DNA of 63,828 nt, counting the filler, from Sphacelaria rigidula (Eukaryota), in the NCBI GenBank assembly GCA_964200075.2. It is 3 parts of 3 records of this genome, joined end to end, with 100 filler letters (N's around TTAATTAATTAA, not from the genome) between each part and the next. Parts side by side here need not be neighbours in the genome. Positions count along the whole stretch, not along the records: positions 1 to 21,222 come from CAXNAA020000452.1; 2 more parts are not named here. The stretch is one strand, 5' to 3'. The notes beneath the pieces are model-generated. The model worked only from the letters and a program-made list of their open reading frames with translations, made no database searches and was not told the origin of the DNA. Shown piece after piece: positions 1 through 9,188 of this stretch (positions are counted from its first letter, which is position 1; each line of letters begins with the position of its first letter). Position numbers and translations under genes: made by a program.

Positions 1-1054
1 TGCAAACGAGCCCAATAGTGGGATCGCAGCCGGTTCGTTGGATGGTGCCGGTGCACTTTTTTTGGGGGGGCTATCTCGGCATTAGTCTACCGCTGACCCT
101 TCTCTCGGTAAAAATAAAGGTAAGCACCGCAGAAGGAAGGTGAAGTGCTCGAAAGAAATAAAAAAAACTCCCGTGTTAGCCTCCTTTTGTATAGGGGGAA
201 ATAAGAATCTACCTACACACCTTCAATTATGACCGATCCCGCGTAGTTTTATCTATTCGGGAGCCCACTTTTGCTAGATCTGAGGCGTCAGACCAATTTG
301 TATGGCAGCCAATCCCGAATCTGGCGGGACCCCGATCTGTGCCAAATCGGGGGTACTCAGATTCGCGTGTACGCCTGTATGTGATATGGTTTCACAGACT
401 TGTTGAAGTTGTTCTGTACACGGAGGATCATTTCCTTCAGGGGTGCGGTGTCACAATGAAGCCGAAGAATAGGCAGGCAGTAAGTCAATCATATTCCGAG
501 AGCAGCGTCACACAGTGGTACCCTAGGATCTAATGCAGTGCAGTACACTCCACAATCACAGTACACAGTAATGCCGTGTGGTGATACATGACGATACAGT
601 AGATATTGCGAGAACAGTGCACAGTGTGCGACAAGAGTTCACGAGTGCAGTGCCATTCATTGCCCTTCAAGTGCAGCGACAGCAGAGGGTAGGATAGTAC
701 AGTACCGTCTGCTATGATACGACCGAATAGTAGCGCAGTGTAGTATAAAATATTTCCATCGCACCAGGGTACGGCGTCAACAGTTCTTATCCGCTTGTCA
801 AATCTCGTGCGAAGCACCGTGGGAAGCGCAGCTCTGCAAGCACAGACAGTTCGGTAGTGGAACGTTGCGAATGCAGACTGTACCCGTCAACACATTAGGT
901 TCCTGTACACAACAGAAGGTACAACGATACGAGTATACATACTCTGCATCCCAAAAAGCTCGCATTCGGCAGCGGTGTTGCCGGCAATGTCTGTATTTCT
1001 ACACCGTGTAATGGGAGGACTCACCTCGGTCCATGTTGGCATCAATCTCCTCGC

Positions 1055-1193
1055 CGGTTCGTGGTTGCTCTTATTTCTACCCCTATGCAAGCTTTTCGAG
1101 CGAATCAACCGGGAAGTCGACCGCGGTTCGTGGTTGTCTCTCCTCTATCCCTAGGCAACGCTTCACGAGCTAATCAACCGGGAAGTCGATCAC
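1055..1193 (+). repeat. ~69-bp tandem duplication
   Basis: cggttcgtggttg...aatcaaccgggaagtcga occurs twice in tandem. Confidence 0.75.
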
Positions 1194-1658
1194 GTACTTC
1201 AACACCCCTCCACCCAAGCCACGGACGGCGTCGGCACGCACAGGCGAAGATAACGAAGAAAGCAGCAATAGAGCTGAACCTTCTTGAGGGTGTTTGAAGC
1301 GATTCAAACAGCCGGTCGCTGCGTGTGATGCCTTCAACCTCCAAAAGTGCCTCGATTGAAGTTGCGACAGTCAAGTCTGAGAAGTTCAATCAAGACTCGC
1401 TCTGGTCAAAAGGGGTCGAAATGGGGGTTTTCTCGAGTGCGCCCAGAGACAGAAGCGAAACACAACGCGATGAGCACCAATGAAGCTCAAACTTGTCGAG
1501 GGCATCTCGATTGATGTTTCAAAAGCGATGACATGTTCTTTTCGCGCAGTGCGGCTTCGAATCAGTTCTGGGGGGAAAAGTGCGTGGTTCGGAGCTTCGT
1601 AATGAGGCCTGGACGGACCGCCCGACGGACGGACGAACACTTTTTGAATTCCGGTTCA

Positions 1659-2040
1659 AACACGGGATCTTACAAATTGGGGATGGGAAACCCGGAGAGT
1701 TAAAAACTTCGTATAAACATCAAATCTTTGAGATATAGTTCCATTTCTTTACCTACTGATAGCTATTGACAACTGCTATACGCCGCAGAAATGTTGGCGT
1801 CCTAGGTGAAAATACAATTTCGGAACCATTTTGGCGCCCGTTCACCCGGAATACCTCAAAAACAAAATTTCCACCTAGGACCCCAACATTTCGGTGATCG
1901 AGATCCAAATTTGTATGACGTGTATCAGTTATTTACAGCTATCAGCAGGTGAAGAAATGGAACCATAGTTCAAAGATTTGGTGTCGATACGAAGATTTTA
2001 CTCCGGGTTTCCCATCCCCAATTTATTACATCCAGTGTTT
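1659..2040. mobile_element. Palindromic MITE (~380 bp)
   Basis: aaattggggatgggaaacccggag...aaatctttga pairs with tcaaagattt...ctccgggtttcccatccccaattt. The inner arms also pair (aaatgttggcgtcctaggtg / cacctaggaccccaacattt). Confidence 0.8.
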
Positions 2041-2244
2041 TCAGTAGAAACCTTTTCAGCCTCAAGGGCCTCAGTTGAATGGAGGTAGTGCGTGTCGTGA
2101 TATGTTGTTTGGTCGATATATATTGCATGTCGCGAGCTTTGACATATTAATGGCATAATATATATATATATATATATATATCGATCCTCTATCGTGCTCA
2201 CACAATATACATTGACCACCCGACGCGTCAACATAGTTTGTACT

Positions 2245-2592
2245 GCCCGGTGGCTCAGTTGGTAATGTCGACTCCTTCCGACGGTTGGGTCGTGGGTTTG
2301 ATTCTCGGAGCAACCTGATTTTTTTCTCACACAAAAACAGTGGAGAGCGACTATGTCGTGGATACATAAAGTTCGACTTGACAGTCGATGAGGGAAAGGG
2401 ACTGCTGAACCCCTCTCGCGATAAAAAAAAAAGAGGCAAGCACCGCAGAAGTAGAGTGGGGTGCTAAAAACAAATTAAAAATAAAATTCCTGTGTTGATC
2501 TTCCTCCTGTGTGATCCCGGCTGGTACGCCCACATATACCGAAAGGTATAGACTGGCGTCCAGAATGGATGGGACCGCAACACACACACACA
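2245..2592 (+). mobile_element. tRNA-derived SINE, near full length
   Basis: Pol III A-box tggctcagttgg and B-box-like ggtttgattctc, a conserved body (aaggcaagcaccgcagaag; cccacatataccgaaagg) and a (CA)n tail. Homologous to 62684-63045 and 54655-55000. Confidence 0.85.
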
Positions 2593-2713
2593 ATAAACAC
2601 TGTCCAGGGTGTGGAATATAGCAAGAAAAAGTCGCAGAAATCAAATCGCAAAAAACCGGTAAGTCGAACTTTTGCCGGAGCAGAAACCATGTTCACTTGG
2701 TGAAAATGGAATG

Positions 2714-3179
2714 AGGTTGTACGACGAAATGAGGTTCAAGCCCGAACCAGTGCTTTTCCCAAGCTTTCAGCTATGGTGCCCAATGACGTTCTTGTCGGCC
2801 TAATGCCCCTCGATCGCGTTGATACTTTTTCAGCGCATTTCACAGACTCTGTGAGCTTACAGCGCTGACCACAACCGAGGTTTCCTTTGACCTCACTCCC
2901 ACAAAAAATAGGGGACAAGGACGGTTTAGGTCAGCGCTGTAAAATCACAGTCGGTGAAATGCGCTGAAACGTATCTACGGGATCGAGGGGGGCAAAACAA
3001 ATATAAGGGACAATTACGGTTCAGGTCAGCAACGTCAATCACAGAGTCGGCAAAATGCGCTGAAAACGTATCTACGCGACCGAGGGGCGTTAGGCCGACA
3101 AAAACGTCATTGGGCAACATAGCTGCAAGCATGGGGAAAGCGCTGGTTGGGGCTTGAACCTCATTTCATCGTCCAACCT
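2714..3179. mobile_element. MITE with ~140-bp terminal inverted repeats
   Basis: aggttgtacgacgaaatgaggttcaagccc pairs with gggcttgaacctcatttcatcgtccaacct. ORF-track peptides 2736..2918(-) and 2954..3157(+) are mirror copies. Confidence 0.8.
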
Positions 3180-3509
3180 ACCCGGGAGGGATGGGTTGAT
3201 CCCTTGAGACCACGGATTCGTTCCGAGAAAGGGGAGGGGTCCACAGAGCGATAAATGAAAAAATGAAATAAATACTAATGATAGATGCAAATAACCTTAT
3301 TTAATAGAATTGTCTGTTCGATGATGCGTGAGCGATTACTTGGTATTCTCGTCTGCCCCACCCGTCATCCAACAGAGCAGCACCACAGGGCCCGGACTAA
3401 CCGAAACGTTCATGTATCGTAGTCGTACAAACCCGCACAAACCCGACGAAATGTCGCACCAAGCCGACGTCAGTTGGCAAAACGGGCGTGCACGAATGGA
3501 CCCGTCAAG

Positions 3510-6137
3510 CTACTTATTTTGCCCGCTGGATACCACCACGGATACGAGACCAGAAGGCGCAGACACCCCTAACTCTGACTTTACGTTGTCACTCTCCTTC
3601 ACAGACATCACATCAGCCGTCGATGGCGCACAAAATGCCACTTCCGCCGGCGCTACTCCACGTAGCCGCTTGGCGCTTCTCGTTCCACTGGAGTTCTTGC
3701 TACCGCAGCCCGCGTCTTTGATGCTGCTAGGATTGCCGTTGGCCACATTACCATACAGACTGGATCGTGCAGCAGCCAGTTCGTTGCTTGTCATCCCTTC
3801 ACAAACACGCGCGGCGGGGAGAGTCATCTCCATCTTCACTTCCATGCACCTCGCGGCCCTATCCGACGAAGCCCCATCTGCTGCCGCAGCGCCGGCGGGC
3901 TGTCCCGAGGCGGTCGGCGGCGAGGTCGTGGAGTCTATATCGCCTTGACTAGCACGACTGGTGCAAGAACTGCATCGGTTCTCAACGCTGTGATAACCGG
4001 TGCTGGCGTTGCGGCCGGCACCCGACGTATTGCTGGGCATTTTACCATCCTTCCTGCCGCGGGTGGTTGTTACTCCACTGACCATGCCAGCCAGAGCGTG
4101 TGTGGCACAGAAGGCCGCCTTCCCGCTACCTGCTACATCGAATGACGGCGATGTAGAGCAGCCCTCCTCGCCGCACCTTTTGCGTGTTGCACTGATCACG
4201 CCAGCATGAGCGTGCATGGCGCAGAACTCCGCCTTCCCGCTATCCGCCGAACCAAACGACGGCCGTGTAGGGCAGCCCTCCTCGCCGCACCTCTTGTTAT
4301 TCACATCGACCACGCCAACCCGAGCGTGCGGGGCGCAGAGCTCCGCCTCTCCGCCATCCGCTGCACCGAATGATGGTACCATGGAGCAGCCAACCTCGCC
4401 GCACCTCTTATTCATCACATCGGCCACGTCAGCCCGAGCGTGCGTGCCGCACAACTCCGCCATCCCGCGGCCCTCTACACCAAATGACGGCGTCGTGGAG
4501 CAGCCCTCCTCGCCGCACCTCTTGTTTCTCACATCAACCATGCCGGCCGGCGCGTGTGTGACGCAAAACTCCACCTTCTTGCCACCTACCACACCAAACG
4601 ATGCCGATGTGAAGCAGTTGTCGTCGCCGCACCTCCTGCTCATCACATCGACCATGCCAGCCCGAGCGTGCGTGGCGCAGAACTCCGCCTTCCCACTACC
4701 CGCTATGCCGAAAGACGGCCTTTTGGAGCAACTATCCTCGCCGCACCTTTTGTTTTTCAAACAGACCATGCCAGCTCGAGCGTGTTTGGCGCAGAACTCT
4801 GCCTTCCCGCTACCCGCTACACCGAATGACGGCCATGTGGAGCAGCCTTCCTCGCCGCAGATCTTGTTTCTCACCAAGACCATGCCAGCCCGACAGTGTG
4901 CCGCGCAGAACTTCGCCTCTTCGCTACCCGCTATGCCAAAAGATGGCGATGAGGAGCAACCTTCCTCGCCACACCTCGTGTCTGTCATAATTACCATGCC
5001 CGCCCGAGCGTGTGCGGCGCAGAACTCCGCCTTTCCACTTCCCGCTCCGCCAAATGACGGTATTTTGGAGCAACCATCTTGGCCGCAACTCTTGCTTTTC
5101 ACATAGATCATGCCAGCCCGAGCGTGTGTGGCGCAGAACTTCACCTTCCCGCCACCCGCTACACGGAATGACGGCCTCATGGGGCAGCCATTCTCGCCGC
5201 ACCTCTTGATTTTCACGTAGACCATGCCAGCCCGAGCGTGCCTAGCGCAAAACTCCTTCTTCCCGCTGCCCGCTTTACCGAATGACGGCCATGTGAAGCA
5301 GCCAACCTCACCGCACCTCCTGTTTCTCACAGTGACCATGCCAGCCCGAGCGTGCGTGGCGCAAAACTCCGCCTTCTTGCTACCCGGCACACCATATGAC
5401 GGATATTTGGAGCAGCCCTCCTCGTCGCAGCTCTTCTGACTGACACCAACCATGCCAGCCCGTGCGTGTGTGGCGCAGAACTGTGCTTTCTTGCTACCGG
5501 CTATGCCAAATGATGGCGATGTCAAGCAGCCATCTTCGCCGCACCTGCCACGTCTTACATGGACCATACCAGCCCACGCGTGTTTGGCGCAAAACTCCGC
5601 GTTTTTGCTACCCGCTTTACCGAATGACGGCAGCGTGGAGCAGCCCTTTTCGCCGCATCTTCTGCATTTCACAGCGACCATGCCAGCCCGAGCGTGTGTG
5701 GCGCAGAACTCCGCCTTCCCGCTTCCCCGTACACCGACTGACGGCCATGTGGAACAGCCCTCCTCGCTGCACCTCTTGCCTGTCACAATGATCATGCCAG
5801 CCCGAGCGTGTTTGGCGCAGAGCTCTGCCTTTTTGCTACCCGCAACGCCAAATGATGCCGATGTGAAGCAGCCCTCCTCGCCGCAAATCTTGTTTCTCAC
5901 AAAGACCATGCCAGCCCGAGCGTGTGTGGCGCAGAACTCCACCTTTTTGGTACCCGCTACGCCAAATGCTGGCGATGTGGAGCAACCCTCCTCGCCGCAC
6001 CTCTTGCCTGTCACCATGACCATGCCAGCCCAACCGTGTGCGGCGCAAAACTCCGCCTTCCCACTACCCGCTACGCCAAATGACGGCCTTTTAGAGCAAC
6101 CATCCTCGCCGCACCTCTTGTTTTTCACATAAACCAT
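3510..6137 (-). CDS. EsV-1-7 repeat (Cys-rich C-X4-C-X16-C-X2-H) domain protein, about 875 aa, 18 full tandem repeats plus a low-complexity C-terminal tail
   Basis: Long uninterrupted ORF (track 3510..6170). The first in-frame ATG is at 6137 (MVYVKNKRC). It holds 18 copies of a 38-aa unit such as KRCGEDGCSKRPSFGVAGSGKAEFCAAHGWAGMVMVTG, whose Cys/His spacing matches the EsV-1-7 motif of brown algae and Ectocarpus virus EsV-1. The start codon is uncertain. Confidence 0.9.
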   Translation of the reverse strand: MVYVKNKRCGEDGCSKRPSFGVAGSGKAEFCAAHGWAGMVMVTGKRCGEEGCSTSPAFGVAGTKKVEFCATHARAGMVFVRNKICGEEGCFTSASFGVAGSKKAELCAKHARAGMIIVTGKRCSEEGCSTWPSVGVRGSGKAEFCATHARAGMVAVKCRRCGEKGCSTLPSFGKAGSKNAEFCAKHAWAGMVHVRRGRCGEDGCLTSPSFGIAGSKKAQFCATHARAGMVGVSQKSCDEEGCSKYPSYGVPGSKKAEFCATHARAGMVTVRNRRCGEVGCFTWPSFGKAGSGKKEFCARHARAGMVYVKIKRCGENGCPMRPSFRVAGGGKVKFCATHARAGMIYVKSKSCGQDGCSKIPSFGGAGSGKAEFCAAHARAGMVIMTDTRCGEEGCSSSPSFGIAGSEEAKFCAAHCRAGMVLVRNKICGEEGCSTWPSFGVAGSGKAEFCAKHARAGMVCLKNKRCGEDSCSKRPSFGIAGSGKAEFCATHARAGMVDVMSRRCGDDNCFTSASFGVVGGKKVEFCVTHAPAGMVDVRNKRCGEEGCSTTPSFGVEGRGMAELCGTHARADVADVMNKRCGEVGCSMVPSFGAADGGEAELCAPHARVGVVDVNNKRCGEEGCPTRPSFGSADSGKAEFCAMHAHAGVISATRKRCGEEGCSTSPSFDVAGSGKAAFCATHALAGMVSGVTTTRGRKDGKMPSNTSGAGRNASTGYHSVENRCSSCTSRASQGDIDSTTSPPTASGQPAGAAAADGASSDRAARCMEVKMEMTLPAARVCEGMTSNELAAARSSLYGNVANGNPSSIKDAGCGSKNSSGTRSAKRLRGVAPAEVAFCAPSTADVMSVKESDNVKSELGVSAPSGLVSVVVSSGQNK

Positions 6138-6190
6138 GCCAGCCCAAGCGTGTGTGTCGCAGAACTCCACCTTGCTACCCGTTACGCTGT
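4078..6190 (-). repeat. Coding tandem repeat, 114-bp unit x18 plus a partial unit
   Basis: Recurrent + strand motifs accatgccagcccgagcgtg and tcctcgccgcacctc at 114-bp spacing. Confidence 0.95.
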
Positions 6191-8218
6191 GCCCTCGTCA
6201 GGAAATCCTTGCGGGCATACAGGTTGGGGGTTTCCTTCACGGCTGTGCTGAGAGCACAACATAAGCCGTGGGAGGCCCACTGCCGCTACAATCCACACCG
6301 CCACACACCTGAGCGTTAACCAGCTCAGCAATAGCCTGGAATAATTGATCAACAAGTTCAACGAAAAGAAGGGTCAAGAGGACAACTGAATCGATCCCCA
6401 TCACAATTGTCATGTCGCAAACAGATTGGTGAACAGTGGTGTTCTCACAACGAAACCGCGGTCCAACAGGCAGAGGGGAACCGGCGTCATCTTTTGTGAG
6501 AAGCCGAGAGCTGCTCCCGTTACTGCACAACGACGGGGCGAGTGTACAATGGGACCAGAGCTTGACTCTGAAGGTCCTCACAACTGTCGTGTTCAGGTCA
6601 CACGTATGGTGTCTGTGCTCCCACGATAAGCCCAACGGACGACCAGGGAGGACTTCGGAGAATGTTTTCTCGCATCTTAGAGTTAGAGTGGAAGGAGAAA
6701 AAGCCAGTAGCGGTGCACGTCTCACGACGATTCTTCTTCAGGGCGAATTTATCAAAGTGAGAGTCTCGTTTGGACCTCTCCACTCTGAAACTCATGTGCC
6801 CCTGCAAAATTAATACGTGGCGCAACGAAAAAAACGCTCCCAACTTCACCACCACGGCCACAGCCAATTCACGATCGAATAACTCCAACGAGCAAAGTGG
6901 AACACCCATCATAACTGTTGTATCATAATGGACCATCCACGAAGTAGCAACACTTGGCATCGCATCAAAGGGCCTCTCTGACGCCGCCATGCTATCAGTA
7001 TTCGCTTAGTTTTTGAGTGAAATTTGAATGCTGGGAGGGTACATGATGTTGCCTTGGGTGCAGTTCTCCACTTCTGCCAGCCTTAGCTCAGTAGTCTACA
7101 GCGCACAAGCAGCACGACACTTGGCTGTAATGCCTTTTTCTCACACGCCACGGCGTCTTGCACCAGCGTTATGGGTAGCATGTTACAAAGTCATTACAGT
7201 GGGTCCTTGTTGTTTGGGAGTGCTGCGTACTGTACTATACTAGTGTACAACTGACTGTACGGTATCGTTGTACTTCACCGTACCGCAATGTACTGTTGTA
7301 GGGCTCTGCATTGCGCTGTCTGTACTCAACACTGCACAGCACTACAGCATTGCAGTGCCCTATAGTATACCGTAGTGCAGTGAAGTAGTGCGCAAGTGCA
7401 GTGAGACGTAGTGTACGGCACGGTAGGGTGCCGCAAGGTACAAAACAACAGAGCCGCGCAGCTCTCATTGTACAGTAAGTGCTGTGCTGACCTATGCATC
7501 TTCGAACTGGACGCTGGTCAATCACACATTTGGCGGGGCAACCTGCGGCCAACCACTGCGACGAGAGAAAAGGCCAATGGCCTAGGAAAGGAGGGTATAC
7601 CTTCTCGTTTATTGCTCAACAAAGGTACGAAAAAGGACCAGACGCGCGAAAAAAGCAAAACACGCCATTTAGACCGTCTTCGCTCCGAAATTTTCACGCA
7701 CATCACTCGGGGGGGGGAGGGGAAGGGCCTCGGCACCCGGGCTTCGAAAAATAAACGGGGAAAAACAACATATTACTTGCTCTATACGGCCACGCGAAAA
7801 CGCACGTCTCGCCTCCAGAAACCGCTTCCCCTTTCGAGGCCGAAAATTCACCAGGTATACCTGATTCAGGAATTCTTCTTCAATCGTACCTCATCTGGGC
7901 CACCGATCGGCCGAGAAGGTACCAGTGCTAGGCCATCTCTTTCTACAATGTACCTGATGCGGCACATCGCTAGCGAGGGAGTCTACGCGCTAAGTTGAAC
8001 CACGGCGCCCACACATCGGGCTCTTTTCCCGCTCATTTGCCGTTCACGGACGCCTCAACGGCCACCCCTCTCTCTCCCCAGAAATGGTCGCCGAGTCTTC
8101 CCGCGTTGTTTTTGTGTGATGCCGGGGGTTGTGGAACAGCGTATTGTTGCGATCTCAGGATTGGTGTCAGGGTCAAGCTAGGCTCTTTCGTCACCAACGC
8201 AAGGTTGTCGCATCAAGG

Positions 8219-8534
8219 GGACCTAAAGAAATGTACGTAAATAATGGTACCATCGAGATGCCGCCAATCCCTATCCTGACCAAGACATATCAAGCACCCT
8301 CGGGCAAGGGGGTTCAGAGTGTTTCTAAGGCACAGTGTGCGTCGCCAGAGCTTAAATCGACGCATTAGAGCCGATTTTGGGCCAAAACACGTTCTGGGCG
8401 AGCTGGGTCTACTGCTCACCATTGCTTACCCGCCTTACCCGCCCCAAATCATGGATTTGTTTTCAGAACTTTTTTCAGTCTGAAATCAGGTAATATCGAG
8501 TACCAACCATTGCTCACGTACATTTCTTCAGGTC
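8219..8534. mobile_element. MITE nested in the foldback element
   Basis: TIRs gacctaaagaaatgtacgt / acgtacatttcttcaggtc, flanked by the imperfect direct repeat ggttgtcgcatca / ggtggtcgcatca. Confidence 0.6.
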
Positions 8535-8938
8535 TGGTGGTCGCATCATACATCGACAGTTGGTCCAAGCAACGGATTCAGTACTGGCCGTCACGCATAT
8601 AGAAATAGGGACATAACAATAACATCGTTCAGCACTACAGTATCTTCTGCGGACATATTCCGAACTTCTCGCTGGCCGTTGGTGATTGCTGTGCACGGCC
8701 CCGATAGACGTGATGAGTGTGTTCCGCGAGTGTTTTCGTTGGGCGCACGTTACTCTGTACTGTAGTGCTGAACGCTATTACTGTTGTGTCCCTATTCCTA
8801 TACGCGTGACAGCTGGTACTGTATCCGTTGCTTGAACCAACCATCGATCATGCGACAACCGCCCGCGAGTTACGGAAGATCTTAGCTTGACCCTGACACC
8901 AGCTCCGAGATCGCAACAGAACGCTGTTCCGCAACCCC

Positions 8939-9188
8939 GACACTTTCTGCGATAGCCCCCCCCCCAAACCAGCCAAAAGTGTCACGAAAAAAATGGGCAT
9001 ACAGCGCCTGATGCTTGGGTCCAGGCTACATGAAGCGCCTCATATTGGCAATACTGGCTGGAACGAACCCAGTCGTGAGAATTCCCAGCTGCTCGTTGTG
9101 CTCGGCTTTTCCCATTTCGATTTACGTGAAAAAATTGCCTCCCAAAACCATACACTTTTGGGGGGGGGGGCTATCGCAGAAAGTGTCC
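8939..9188. mobile_element. MITE nested in the right arm of the foldback element
   Basis: TIRs gacactttctgcgatagcccccc / ggggggctatcgcagaaagtgtc. This segment is absent from the left arm. Confidence 0.75.

Noticed and set aside
530-800. CAGTA/TACTG-rich stretch (also about 7230-7480)
   Set aside because: Decayed low-complexity pentamer repeats with no further structure.
2245-2320. Functional tRNA gene
   Set aside because: A and B boxes are present but the cloverleaf is poor, and the head is fused to a repeated SINE body in several copies.
4216-6132. Long + strand ORFs with repeated peptides (MPARACVAQNSAF...)
   Set aside because: They are antisense shadows of the EsV-1-7 repeats, broken by stops and explained by the codon pattern of the minus-strand gene.
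4078-6190. Possible CRISPR-like repeat-spacer array
   Set aside because: The whole 114-bp unit is homologous and in-frame coding, with no unique spacers and no cas genes. The context is eukaryotic.
7411-7998. 195-aa ORF and its mirror 9353..9736 as a duplicated gene
   Set aside because: Both lie in the inverted arms of a foldback element and show no recognisable domain.
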